Shown piece by piece: positions 33,835 to 42,638 of a stretch of DNA of 64,000 nt. Below the pieces are notes generated by a model. The model worked only from the letters and a program-made list of their open reading frames with translations, ran no database searches and was not told the origin of the DNA. Position 1 is the first letter of the stretch; each line of letters begins with the position of its first letter. The stretch comes from a virus. Lineage: Duplodnaviria > Caudoviricetes. The stretch lies in the IMG/VR virus record IMGVR_UViG_3300043548_000091, positions 1,620 to 65,619 of that record; one strand, given 5' to 3'. A program made the translations under genes and the position numbers.

Positions 33835-35397
33835 TCACAAATTTTTTATCTCGCTGTCGAACATGCCGACGAGCAGCGCGTGGTCGTTTACTTTGGTGTT
33901 CATGGCCTTGAACAACTTCTTCTCGATGGGGCTCGACTCGATGTGCACAACCGTGACCTTGTCGGAGTCTTGACCTTTGCGGTCGGCGCGTGCTATGCAC
34001 TGCGTGTACATCTCGACGCTCATCAGCGGGCCATAGAACACAACTGTGTCGGCAGCAGTCAGGGTAATCCCGTGTGCCGTGGCTTGGGGCTGCATCACCA
34101 GCACGCGGATCGTGTCCGTGGTCTGGAAGTCGTTGATGATCTTGCCGCGCTTGTTGGCCGCCACGTCGCCGTGAATTGTGTCCACGCCGATGCCCTGCTT
34201 TTGAAGGTGCGCCACGATGGTGTCGATGCTGGAGCGAAACAGCGCGAAGATGATGACTTTGCGGGACGTTTCCTCTAGCACCTCATCCAGCACGTTCAAG
34301 CGCGGGGCCGCATCGAACTCCACCACCTCCTTGTCGTCGGTGTAGGCAGCGCCGCAGGAGATTTGCAGCAACTTGTTTACGGCAACTCCGGCATTGACCG
34401 CGCTGATCGTCTCGCCCGCTGCGCGCACCAGCATCTGCTCCTTGAGCAGTTTGTAGTATTTGTTTTGCTGCGGGGTCATCGGCACCTCGCGGGTCACCGT
34501 CACCACCGGGGGCAGGTCCAGACACTGCGCCTTGGTAAAGCGCACGGCAGGTTGCAGCGCAGTAAAAACGGTGGCCGTCGCGTCAGCCTTGGGGGCCCAC
34601 TTGAACATGCTGATCTTGTTCATGACTTTGTCGCGCCACGCCGTGTAGAACTTCGGGACGCCGCCGGGGTTCACCAGCTTGGCCAAGCCGTACGCATCCA
34701 CCGGAGACTGCGAGGCCGGGGTGCCCGTCATCATCCACAGGTAGGTCTCGGGGCGGATGATCGAGGCCAGCGCCTTCCAGCGGCGGGTCTGCGGGTTCTT
34801 GTAGGCGTTGGCTTCATCGACGATCACGAGGTCGAACCGCCCATCGTTTTGAATCTCCTGCGCAATCAGGTTCAGCCCGTCGTAGTTGGTGATGACGATC
34901 TCGTAGTCCTTCTGGATCATCTCGATGCGCCGTGCAGCTTGCGCATGGTGGGCCACAACGGCGGAGCGATGAATGATTGACTGGTTGATGTCGCCCATCC
35001 ACGCGGACTGCATGATCGACAGCGGGCACAGGATCAGCACCCGGCGCACGTCGCCGCGCTTCATCAGGTAGTCGGCTGCCCAGAGGGCGGACAGCGTCTT
35101 GCCCGTGCCGGGGTCGTTGAAACAAAACGCGCGGCGGTACAGCGTGAGGAACGAGGCGGTCTCGATCTGGTGCTGCATGGGCTTGAAGCGCCCGGGCCAG
35201 TCGTAGCGTTTGGTGATGGGGCTGGGGGCGTTCTTCACGCCGAGGTTGCGCAGCACCCGCGTTTCATCGAGGCCCCAGTACACGGCGATCTCGTACGTGC
35301 CGTTGTCCTCGGAGAGGACTTTGTGCTTGGGGATGACTTGGTACTTGCCGGGGTTGCGCGTGCGCAGCACCAGCGCTTTGTTGTCAACGATTTGCAA
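33835..35397 (-). CDS. SNF2-family helicase
   Basis: DPGTGKT, DEAN, MTGTP, HGITL and QCIARADRKGQ helicase motifs. Confidence 0.9.
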   Translation of the reverse strand: MQIVDNKALVLRTRNPGKYQVIPKHKVLSEDNGTYEIAVYWGLDETRVLRNLGVKNAPSPITKRYDWPGRFKPMQHQIETASFLTLYRRAFCFNDPGTGKTLSALWAADYLMKRGDVRRVLILCPLSIMQSAWMGDINQSIIHRSAVVAHHAQAARRIEMIQKDYEIVITNYDGLNLIAQEIQNDGRFDLVIVDEANAYKNPQTRRWKALASIIRPETYLWMMTGTPASQSPVDAYGLAKLVNPGGVPKFYTAWRDKVMNKISMFKWAPKADATATVFTALQPAVRFTKAQCLDLPPVVTVTREVPMTPQQNKYYKLLKEQMLVRAAGETISAVNAGVAVNKLLQISCGAAYTDDKEVVEFDAAPRLNVLDEVLEETSRKVIIFALFRSSIDTIVAHLQKQGIGVDTIHGDVAANKRGKIINDFQTTDTIRVLVMQPQATAHGITLTAADTVVFYGPLMSVEMYTQCIARADRKGQDSDKVTVVHIESSPIEKKLFKAMNTKVNDHALLVGMFDSEIKNL

Positions 35398-35827
35398 GGA
35401 CGTTCTCCACGTTTTCTTTCAGGCGGACCCAGCCGTTGTATTCCTCAAATAGTTCTGCTTTCAGCAAGCGTCGCAGACCGTCGATATAAAAGGGGTCGTC
35501 GTTGGGGGCTATCGGTGCGTCGGCTTCAACCCACTGGTCGCCGTGTTTGATCTGCCACATGGTCACAAGCTGCGACAGCGGGATTTGAAATGCTTCGCGG
35601 CTATTGGGGTTGAAGCGCTCTTTCTTTTGCTGCCCGTACCCCCCGAGAGTTCCCGGCGAGGAGTTCATGTTCATCGCTGCCGAGTTCATCGCTATTTGGT
35701 TAAGCGCTTGCTGCTCCCGCGCTCTCATCTTCTGGTATTCAATCTCTTGCTGCATCTTCAGCAACTGAAGGTGCTCTTCGTAGTCAAGCCTGTGTTGCTT
35801 CTGCGTTTTGTTTTCAAAAATTGCCAT
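35384..35827 (-). CDS. Hypothetical protein, paralog of neighbour
   Basis: SD AAGGAG before MAIF; LVTMWQIKHGDQWV motif. Confidence 0.65.
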   Translation of the reverse strand: MAIFENKTQKQHRLDYEEHLQLLKMQQEIEYQKMRAREQQALNQIAMNSAAMNMNSSPGTLGGYGQQKKERFNPNSREAFQIPLSQLVTMWQIKHGDQWVEADAPIAPNDDPFYIDGLRRLLKAELFEEYNGWVRLKENVENVLANR

Positions 35828-35846
35828 CGCTTTCTCCTTCATTGTT

Positions 35847-36212
35847 TTACTCCGGCATGCGGCACACGTACCGCGCTCTGTCAGTGAGGTAGTGCACCTC
35901 CAACTCGCTGAGCGAGCGAAGGCGCTTGTAGACCCGGCCATAGAACGCGTCGTCCATCACGTCCGAGATGTCCACCCAGTCGGTGCCGTACTTTGTCAGC
36001 CACAAGTTGACGAGTGTCTCAACCTTGCTGTTGAACACGTCGCTGTTGAGGTCGGCCATGTTCACCTTGTCTGCGTCCGTGATGACGCCGCCCGGTGCGT
36101 GGATGGTGCCTGTGTTGCCGAATGGTCCGCCCGAATGGCTGGGGTTGTAGATGTATGGGCCGCCCGGCGCAACGGTTGTGTCGGTGACGATGGTGTGGAA
36201 GCTGTTGCTCAT
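35847..36212 (-). CDS. Hypothetical protein
   Basis: LVNLWLTKYGTDWV motif; ATGA overlap. Confidence 0.7.
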   Translation of the reverse strand: MSNSFHTIVTDTTVAPGGPYIYNPSHSGGPFGNTGTIHAPGGVITDADKVNMADLNSDVFNSKVETLVNLWLTKYGTDWVDISDVMDDAFYGRVYKRLRSLSELEVHYLTDRARYVCRMPE

Positions 36213-36469
36213 TTCACCGAGTGGTCCTTGTTGCGCTTGTACGAGCGATTGGCGCTGGCGGGCACCGCCTTGAGGTTGTTGCGCGTCGTTGCTCCACCCT
36301 TGGACAGCGGCTTCTTGTGGTCAACGTCCTTGCCGTCGCCCTTGTGCACAACGCCTTCGCGCTCCAGCATGGCTCGGGCTTTGTTGCGTGCGGCTCGACG
36401 CTTCTTGACCTCGGGCTTCTGGTCGTAGGCGGGGTAGGCTTCGCGGTCAGCGGGGTTCTTGTAGGGCAT
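36209..36469 (-). CDS. Small HNH-type endonuclease
   Basis: KDVDHKKPLSKGG...NL......NRS; SD AAGGAG. Confidence 0.75.
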   Translation of the reverse strand: MPYKNPADREAYPAYDQKPEVKKRRAARNKARAMLEREGVVHKGDGKDVDHKKPLSKGGATTRNNLKAVPASANRSYKRNKDHSVK

Positions 36470-36650
36470 GGTCTTGCTCCTTGCGGGTTTTGAAATGTTT
36501 AATCGCATCATCCAGTTGGTCGATTTGCTCCAACCGTATGGTGTCCATGATGTTGAACGCGCCAGCGCGCATGTTGCCTTGCGTCATCTTCCACAACTTA
36601 TCGCGGGCTTCTTGTAGCGTAGCAACGACTACGTCGTACTCCTCTTCCAT
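36447..36650 (-). CDS. Hypothetical protein
   Basis: 67 aa with SD GAGGAG. Confidence 0.6.
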   Translation of the reverse strand: MEEEYDVVVATLQEARDKLWKMTQGNMRAGAFNIMDTIRLEQIDQLDDAIKHFKTRKEQDHALQEPR

Positions 36651-36659
36651 CGCGGCTCC

Positions 36660-37325
36660 TCAATGTTTCGGATTAAATTCACAACCAGTCACCTGACACC
36701 AGCGGCACAGGGGGGTCTGGTTAGGGTTCCACACGCCAGTCTCGTGGCACTGTTCGATGCGGGCCGTGCGCTCGCGGTATTTCCACCACGCCTGATCCTT
36801 CTGGTCGCGCTCCATCTGCATCTTCACCATCGAGTTCTTGACGATGAACATCAGCGCCGAGTTGACCTTGCGGATGTGCGGGTAGTGCTCGAAGACCATG
36901 ATCGACATCAGCACCAACTGGTCCCGGTCGGGGTACTTGTCGTTGCCCGTCTTGTAGTCCACCACCCACGCCGTGAGGTTCTCGTCGTCAAGGATCAAGA
37001 GGTCGGCGATGCCGCGCACCCACACGTTGGGGGCAAACCAATCGACAGGCTTGAGGTCTGCATCCAGCGCCATCTGCTGCTCGGCCAGCTTGCGCCCGGG
37101 CTTCTTGATCAGCGCGTCGGCGATCTCCTTGAACTGCGAGTGCTCAGGCGGTAGCGGCTTGCCGTCACGAACGTACAACTCCAACGACTCGTGGACCTGA
37201 TTGCCGTAGCGCGTTGCCTCGGTCTCTTGGAACGGGTAGTTCTTGAGCACCTTGACCTCGTGATACCGCCGCTGGCAGCCCTCGAAGTCTTTCAAGGAGG
37301 AGTGTGACCAAGCTGTTTTTTTCAT
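36660..37325 (-). CDS. PD-(D/E)XK exonuclease (AddB/Cas4-like)
   Basis: WSHSSLKDFEGC, RGIADL, VDYKTG, QL and CRWC...C motifs. Confidence 0.85.
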   Translation of the reverse strand: MKKTAWSHSSLKDFEGCQRRYHEVKVLKNYPFQETEATRYGNQVHESLELYVRDGKPLPPEHSQFKEIADALIKKPGRKLAEQQMALDADLKPVDWFAPNVWVRGIADLLILDDENLTAWVVDYKTGNDKYPDRDQLVLMSIMVFEHYPHIRKVNSALMFIVKNSMVKMQMERDQKDQAWWKYRERTARIEQCHETGVWNPNQTPLCRWCQVTGCEFNPKH

Positions 37326-37513
37326 GCGCTTTTGGAAAGGAGTTGCAGGGCTTCTTCTCTGGTTTCGGCGTACAGGGTATCCACAGCCCACTCGTCGTGC
37401 AGGCGCGAAAAGTGCCACGCAGTGCCGTCACGCACCACATGCCACCCAGCGTACTCGGCCAGCATGGCGATGGCGTCGTCGTCCCACTCAGAACTTGGCG
37501 CTGTGGATTGCAT
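37322..37513 (-). CDS. Hypothetical protein
   Basis: Fills the gap with an ATGA overlap; start position uncertain. Confidence 0.45.
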   Translation of the reverse strand: MQSTAPSSEWDDDAIAMLAEYAGWHVVRDGTAWHFSRLHDEWAVDTLYAETREEALQLLSKSA

Positions 37514-37787
37514 CGTTGAGCCTCTTGGAGAACTTCTCGACAAACTCTTCGTTGGGGGCCAGCGGGTGCTTCATGTCATGCAGGATGGCGTGGGTCAACT
37601 CGTGCCAGAAGGTGTGCGCCATGACGCGCTTGGACACGGGCTTGTCAGTGTAGGGCTCACGCTTGGACACGTAGATGCGGGCGCTCTCGTAGTTGATGCC
37701 GCCGTAGTGGTGGCGGTTGATGGCGTACATGGGCGTTAGCACGGTGTACTTGGTGCGCCCCACCTTGATTTGTTTTGGTATCTCCAT
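37488..37787 (-). CDS. Small HExxH metallopeptidase-like protein
   Basis: TFWHELTHAIL..NEEFV; SD AAGGAG. Confidence 0.7.
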   Translation of the reverse strand: MEIPKQIKVGRTKYTVLTPMYAINRHHYGGINYESARIYVSKREPYTDKPVSKRVMAHTFWHELTHAILHDMKHPLAPNEEFVEKFSKRLNDAIHSAKF

Positions 37788-37796
37788 TGCTTCTCC

Positions 37797-39767
37797 TTAG
37801 TTCTTGGCTAGGCCATATCGGCGGTGTGCGCCACCGTCAGCGGCCAGAGGTATCCCCGGCATGTAACTCGGCTCCATGGTCATTCGCGCCAAGACCCAAG
37901 TCTTAGCGTCGGCGACCTCTTCATCAGGCACAACTGCAATCAGTTCGTCATGCACTGTGCCTGCTATGGGGTACTTCTTGTTCACCCGTAGCATCCCATC
38001 CGTCATCACGATCCGCGCCGTGCCCTGCACCACGTTGTTCGTGATCTTCCCCGGGTACAGCTTGGTCTCGTCCGCACCGTACACCCACTGCAACTGCTTA
38101 GTGTCTTTGTCCTTGACTTGCCGCAGGTTCGGGTACAGGAGCCGCATGCCGTTGGGCAATACGATCTCCTCCTTTTTGAAGGTGAGGCATTTATACACGA
38201 CCTCTTCGCCGCCGACAAGGCTCTTCAACAGAAGCTGCCCCATCAGTTCCCAGAAGGCCACCACGGGCCACGCCGTGGCGCGGTAGATGTCGATGATCCG
38301 CTTGGCCGCCACGCAGTGCGTGAGCAACTCCTCGTCAGTGCAGGTGTGCGGGATGTCCAGCATCTTCTGCACGTTCTCCTCCTTGGACAGGAAGCGCTCG
38401 ACGTACTCGCGGTTCACCCCCAGCTTTTGTGCAAACGGCTTGTCGTAGCGCACGGGCGGGGCCCCGAGGAAGCCAACGAGAAGCTGCGCGGCAAAGCTCG
38501 CCCAGCCAAGGCCGTACCCGCACCCGAGCAACGCGCTCTTGGCCGACTGCCGCAGGTCTGGGTGGGTCTCCTTGGTCATGCCCGGGATGCCGAACATCTG
38601 CGCGCCGAACTGGGCGTAGGCATCCTGCCCCGACTTGAAGATGTTAAGAAGTTCGTCGTAGTCGGCCAGCCATGCCAGCACCCGGGGCTCGATCTGGGAC
38701 AGGTCGCCCACCACCAACTGGTGCCCCTCGGGGGCCATGATCGCCTTGCGCAGGAACGAGCCGCGCTTCAAGTTCTGCATGTTGATGGCGCTCCCCTTGG
38801 AGGCGGTCCACCGCCCGGACAGCGCGCCGTAGTAGGACAGCGGCACGGGCAGCTTGCCGCGCCGGGAGATGTCTAGGAATCGCTGGGCCCGGGTTCGCTC
38901 GGTTGTGGACTTAACCTTGAGCCGCGCCTCGCATAGGAGCGCCACGTCCTCGTTGGACCCGTTAAGTAGTGCCTGAAAGAGGGCGTCGTTTTTCGCCAGC
39001 GCAAGGGTCTTCTTGCCAGTTGTCCGACTAATCTTTGTAGGCGGCTCAACCCCAAGCGCGTGGAGCGCTTGTGCAAACTTTGGGTTCGACGCCAGAACAG
39101 CCTCGTCCACGCCGAGCTTTTGTAAGAGTCCTTCACGTTTCGTCTTCTCCTCAACAAGGGCGTTCTCCAGCATGTCGGAGTCAAGCTCCAGCAGCGGGCG
39201 GGTGTACATCTTGAGCGTCATGTCGATCAGGCGTAGCTCGCTCTTGGGGTAGCCCGCGCTCAGTCGCTTGAATATTTCTTCACATAGAAAGACATCGTGC
39301 TTGCAGTACTCCGCAAGTTCTCCCTCAATCTGATGATCCAGTTCACTGAGTCCATCAGTACTGTGTACGGCTCGCCCTTTTTCGGGAAGACCAAAATCTC
39401 CTGCGAGTTTGGCAAGGGAATTGCCAACCTCCACGCCGCGTAAAGCTCGCGCCATTGATAGCGTGTCGAAGATGAATGCTGGTACAACCCCGTAGTGCCA
39501 CCCCAATATGGAAACGTCGAATTGGGCGTTATGCGCAAGGACGGCGGTTCGTCCCCAGTCGATTCCAGAAACGTACTCAGGTATGTCATCTCCTCGAACC
39601 CATCGAATGGGGTCAGCGCTTCCAAACTCGTGTACGCAGAAACCGAATGCCTTGAATCGGGGATCACGGATGTACTCCTCAGTGGTCAGCTTCGACAGGG
39701 TGTAGTCCGCCTTCGACCAGCGCGTCTCGAAGTCAATCGCTAGGATGCGGTCAAACGGTGCACTCAA
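37797..39767 (-). CDS. polA: DNA polymerase family A with 3'-5' exonuclease
   Basis: Exonuclease motifs DFET, AHNAQFD, YCKHD; motif A DLSQIEPR, motif B RQSAKSALLGCGYG, motif C VHDE. Confidence 0.95.
   Translation of the reverse strand: MSAPFDRILAIDFETRWSKADYTLSKLTTEEYIRDPRFKAFGFCVHEFGSADPIRWVRGDDIPEYVSGIDWGRTAVLAHNAQFDVSILGWHYGVVPAFIFDTLSMARALRGVEVGNSLAKLAGDFGLPEKGRAVHSTDGLSELDHQIEGELAEYCKHDVFLCEEIFKRLSAGYPKSELRLIDMTLKMYTRPLLELDSDMLENALVEEKTKREGLLQKLGVDEAVLASNPKFAQALHALGVEPPTKISRTTGKKTLALAKNDALFQALLNGSNEDVALLCEARLKVKSTTERTRAQRFLDISRRGKLPVPLSYYGALSGRWTASKGSAINMQNLKRGSFLRKAIMAPEGHQLVVGDLSQIEPRVLAWLADYDELLNIFKSGQDAYAQFGAQMFGIPGMTKETHPDLRQSAKSALLGCGYGLGWASFAAQLLVGFLGAPPVRYDKPFAQKLGVNREYVERFLSKEENVQKMLDIPHTCTDEELLTHCVAAKRIIDIYRATAWPVVAFWELMGQLLLKSLVGGEEVVYKCLTFKKEEIVLPNGMRLLYPNLRQVKDKDTKQLQWVYGADETKLYPGKITNNVVQGTARIVMTDGMLRVNKKYPIAGTVHDELIAVVPDEEVADAKTWVLARMTMEPSYMPGIPLAADGGAHRRYGLAKN
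39260..39667 (-). CDS. Candidate overprinted ORF (+1 frame) inside the polymerase exonuclease domain
   Basis: 135 aa; GAGGAG 7 nt before GTG; coincides with anomalous codon usage in the polymerase frame. Confidence 0.35.
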   Translation of the reverse strand: MIPDSRHSVSAYTSLEALTPFDGFEEMTYLSTFLESTGDEPPSLRITPNSTFPYWGGTTGLYQHSSSTRYQWRELYAAWRLAIPLPNSQEILVFPKKGEPYTVLMDSVNWIIRLRENLRSTASTMSFYVKKYSSD

Positions 39768-40051
39768 TTCAATCTCCCGCAGTCAGGCGCTTCGGCCTTT
39801 AATAGTTCTTCGTGTAGCGGCATGGCGGTGTGCAGCATGCCGTTGGCCTCGTACTCGTCCGCGTTGATGCGAACAATCGTCTGGCTGTCAGCGTCGCAGA
39901 AGATCAGCACGCCCTTGACGGTGGAGTCCCGGCGGTACAACTTGGAGAGAAGCGGCAGCAGCGAAGCGAAGCTGGCTTGCGCCGACTCGTCCATGTGCTT
40001 CACGTCCTCGGTCAGGTCAGCCATGCACTTGGCAGCGAGTTTAGGGTCCAT
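39764..40051 (-). CDS. Hypothetical protein
   Basis: 95 aa with SD AAGGA, overlapping both neighbours. Confidence 0.65.
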   Translation of the reverse strand: MDPKLAAKCMADLTEDVKHMDESAQASFASLLPLLSKLYRRDSTVKGVLIFCDADSQTIVRINADEYEANGMLHTAMPLHEELLKAEAPDCGRLN

Positions 40052-40352
40052 GTTTTATTTCCTTGAGCGTTTTGATGAGCGGCTGGAGTTCGTGCAGGTT
40101 GGTCTCCCGCAAGACGATGGCCACGCCGCCGCTGTCCACGATGCGGGTGATGTTGTCGTCCTGCAAGGCCGTGGTCTTGCCCTTGCCTGCCTTGGCCTCG
40201 ATGGCGAGGAAGCAGCCGTTCACGCAGCACAGGAAGTCAGGCACGCCCGAGTTGCCGTAGCCCGTGCCAATCGGCATCGCGTAGTACACGCCGTGCGCAT
40301 CGAGGATGGCGCGGATTTGCTTCTTGACTTTCGCTTCTGGTGTGGCTGCCAT
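40041..40352 (-). CDS. VRR-NUC nuclease
   Basis: TPEAKVK..SGVPD..FLAIEAKAG..TALQ. Confidence 0.85.
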   Translation of the reverse strand: MAATPEAKVKKQIRAILDAHGVYYAMPIGTGYGNSGVPDFLCCVNGCFLAIEAKAGKGKTTALQDDNITRIVDSGGVAIVLRETNLHELQPLIKTLKEIKHGP

Positions 40353-40353
40353 G

Positions 40354-40788
40354 TCAGGGCTCCGCGTGAAAACGATACCAAGTGCCGTCATACGTGACGT
40401 ACCCCGATACCGTCTTCATGCCTTCGTTGCGGATTCGGTTCCCGTACACCATCTGCCAGTCAACAGCAGCCACCTCATCAAACGTGAAGAACGGCTCGCT
40501 GCGGTAGTTCCGCATGAACTCGTCAAGCTCGTCGCCTTTCAAGTACTTGAACTGGCCCTCGTCCTCGATCATCACGCCGTTGCGGCGCAGCGTGTTGTAT
40601 TTGTCGCTGGCGTCTATCCGGTCTTTGGCGATCTTGGTGACGTGGGCTAGCTCGTCTTTCTTCAGCCTGTACAGGTCGGCCGTGTCTTGGAGCGCCACTT
40701 CAAGCTCCTTGACCCGCGCCTGTAGGCGCTGGATGTCGCTGTATCGCTTGCCGCGTTCAAGCGGTTTCTTTTTCCATTCTGCTGTCAT
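40354..40788 (-). CDS. Hypothetical coiled-coil protein
   Basis: SD GGAG before MTAEW. Confidence 0.65.
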   Translation of the reverse strand: MTAEWKKKPLERGKRYSDIQRLQARVKELEVALQDTADLYRLKKDELAHVTKIAKDRIDASDKYNTLRRNGVMIEDEGQFKYLKGDELDEFMRNYRSEPFFTFDEVAAVDWQMVYGNRIRNEGMKTVSGYVTYDGTWYRFHAEP

Positions 40789-40809
40789 TGTTGGTTCTCC
40801 ATTAAAAGT

Positions 40810-40919
40810 GGGGGGATGTGTAGATTCAGCGCCCCCCGCCGCTGTAACTTGGAGTGAGTAGGACATACTTCAGTAAGCAGTCGGCTTGCCCTACTCACCA
40901 ACGCGCAGTCGCATCTACA
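40810..40919 (-). ncRNA. Candidate structured RNA with pseudoknot potential
   Basis: UGUAGAU/AUCUACA outer stem, GUGAGUAGG/CCUACUCAC inner stem, and a CAGCG/CGCUG hairpin whose G6 loop is complementary to a downstream C6. Confidence 0.45.
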
Positions 40920-40960
40920 AGGCTCGTGCGCATGGACCAACGTGTGCCGACAGTTGACTC

Positions 40961-41128
40961 TTAGAAAGGCGCAGCGGGCAGGTCGGGCTTCTTCGGCTGC
41001 GTGCGCTTGCGGTTGATCTTTTCCAACAGCTTCGCGTCCACACGATCGAAGGGCCACCACGTTCCTGCCATCACCTGCTCCTCAACGCTTTTCTTTTCCG
41101 AGATTTTGCTTGTAAAACGCTTGACCAT
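40961..41128 (-). CDS. Hypothetical protein
   Basis: WWPFDRVDAKLL..PAAPF; TGATG coupling. Confidence 0.55.
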   Translation of the reverse strand: MVKRFTSKISEKKSVEEQVMAGTWWPFDRVDAKLLEKINRKRTQPKKPDLPAAPF

Positions 41129-41310
41129 CAAGCAGGCTTTCGTATTGCTCGGCGCGTCCAGCACGCGGCGCACAACCATTTGGTTGCGGACATCTGCACG
41201 CCGCCCTCCGGGGGCGTATCTCTCTGACACTTGTTGCACAGTCGCAGCGGATGCTGGGGCTGGGTGCTGGACGACTTTGGCAAAACAAGTTGCTGACTGA
41301 CAAAGCTCAT
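41128..41310 (-). CDS. Small zinc-finger protein
   Basis: CNKC...WLCAAC. Confidence 0.6.
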   Translation of the reverse strand: MSFVSQQLVLPKSSSTQPQHPLRLCNKCQRDTPPEGGVQMSATKWLCAACWTRRAIRKPA

Positions 41311-41657
41311 TTTTTTAACACCTTTACTTTTCTGTACGACTTGACCCCCGCCCGGGTGGCGATGGTGCTGATCATGTTGTCGCTCAAGCCGAACTCCGCC
41401 GCCACGACGGCGTGCTTGACGCCCTGCTTGAGCAGGGCAACTATTTTCTCATTGCGTCGAGTCAGCGCCACCCGCTTGGCAATCGTGTCGCTGTGCGGGA
41501 ACAGGTACTTTTTGATGGTCTTGGTCATCCCATCGTCGATCTCGTACGTGGAGAAGCGGTGCTTGCAGTGCAGGCACTGACGCCGACGGCGCAGGAAAGT
41601 CTCGATCATTCGCGTATCCAACACCGTCGTGTCCCGCCCGCACTTAGTGCAATTCAC
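41307..41657 (-). CDS. NrdR-N-like zinc ribbon plus HTH protein
   Basis: CTKCG..TTVLDTR..RRRQCLHCKHRFSTYE and C-terminal VAAEFGLS. Confidence 0.7.
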   Translation of the reverse strand: MNCTKCGRDTTVLDTRMIETFLRRRRQCLHCKHRFSTYEIDDGMTKTIKKYLFPHSDTIAKRVALTRRNEKIVALLKQGVKHAVVAAEFGLSDNMISTIATRAGVKSYRKVKVLKK

Positions 41658-41748
41658 GCTCGCTCCACCACAACACGACACCAAGGGCCCCGATCAGCAC
41701 CACGCAGATGGCAAGCAGCAGAAGGACTAGGAAGAAGGTCAGAGTCAT
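41644..41748 (-). CDS. Small membrane peptide
   Basis: MTLTFFLVLLLLAICVVLIGALGVVLWW; ATGA overlap. Confidence 0.5.
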   Translation of the reverse strand: MTLTFFLVLLLLAICVVLIGALGVVLWWSERELH

Positions 41749-41906
41749 GCGAGCGCCTTTATTTTTTCGGCCAACACCCTGATGTACTCGCGTGCTTGTT
41801 CGACAGGCACTTCGGCGTGATAGAAAATCAGCGCCGCTTCCACAAGTTTCGGGCTTTGCGGGGTGTTGGTGAACACGGCCCACAGGTACTCTCGTTTTGC
41901 GCTCAT
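41745..41906 (-). CDS. Hypothetical protein
   Basis: SD GGAGG and ATGA overlap. Confidence 0.55.
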   Translation of the reverse strand: MSAKREYLWAVFTNTPQSPKLVEAALIFYHAEVPVEQAREYIRVLAEKIKALA

Positions 41907-42133
41907 TCCAAACCTCCGTACATTGACCACTCCCTAGCCTTCTCCACCATGAACAGCCCCTCGGCCCGGGTCATCTTGGATGAGCGCACGAACAGTTCGC
42001 CCTCCCAGTCGTAGGCGATGATCATCACATCGCTCAGGCCACCATCCTCACACATATCCAGTGCCGACTTAAGCGCCTGCTCTGGGGTGTAGTTCACGCT
42101 GGCTGGCAGATGGGTTACTTTCTCGTTGTTCAT
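41903..42133 (-). CDS. Hypothetical protein
   Basis: MNNEKVTHLP..DVMIIAYD..GELFVRSS; TGATG coupling. Confidence 0.6.
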   Translation of the reverse strand: MNNEKVTHLPASVNYTPEQALKSALDMCEDGGLSDVMIIAYDWEGELFVRSSKMTRAEGLFMVEKAREWSMYGGLE

Positions 42134-42270
42134 CAGTACCCCCACCGGATGCGAAAGCACACCAGATAGAGGTGCAGGACAAACTCGTTGCCGCCGCTGA
42201 AAAACCCCACGGCAAAGCACGGCCACAGGCGCGGGAAAAACTCGGTGGTCAGGTGCAAACTTTTTCTCAT
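42133..42270 (-). CDS. Hypothetical hydrophobic peptide (45 aa)
   Basis: Hand translation MRKSLHLTTEFFPRLWPCFAVGFF..; SD AAGGAG and overlaps on both sides. Confidence 0.5.
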   Translation of the reverse strand: MRKSLHLTTEFFPRLWPCFAVGFFSGGNEFVLHLYLVCFRIRWGY

Positions 42271-42638
42271 ACCTTCTCCTTTGCTGCGGCGATGGCAGCG
42301 AGAACCAAATCACGCCGCACGTTTTCTTCATGTTCGTCGCTGTTGTATTTGCGGTTCGTAAACCCATCGCTCCAGCAAGATGCAACCATGCTCTCCAGCG
42401 CCTCCAGCAGTTGCGCGTTGAGCCGCTTGGCCTCGCCATACGCTTCCAGCTTTTCAATCTGAGGCGTCGCCATTCGGTTCACCGCCTTGTCCACGCTGGA
42501 CTGCATCTGCTTTTGCATGCCGTCGATAAATCCGCGTTCATATTCAGCGCTGGCATTCAGGGGCCGCTTTACGTTTTCACGCTCGCAGCCGCTACGTTTG
42601 CAAAATCCCCCACACGATGAGCATTGACGTTCAGTCAT
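42267..42638 (-). CDS. Hypothetical protein
   Basis: 123 aa; N-terminal CSSCGGFC and YERGFIDG. Confidence 0.6.
   Translation of the reverse strand: MTERQCSSCGGFCKRSGCERENVKRPLNASAEYERGFIDGMQKQMQSSVDKAVNRMATPQIEKLEAYGEAKRLNAQLLEALESMVASCWSDGFTNRKYNSDEHEENVRRDLVLAAIAAAKEKV

Noticed and set aside
40860-40880. Hammerhead ribozyme core in the structured region
   Set aside because: Minus strand reads CUGAAGU rather than CUGANGA, and no matching GAAA strand was found.
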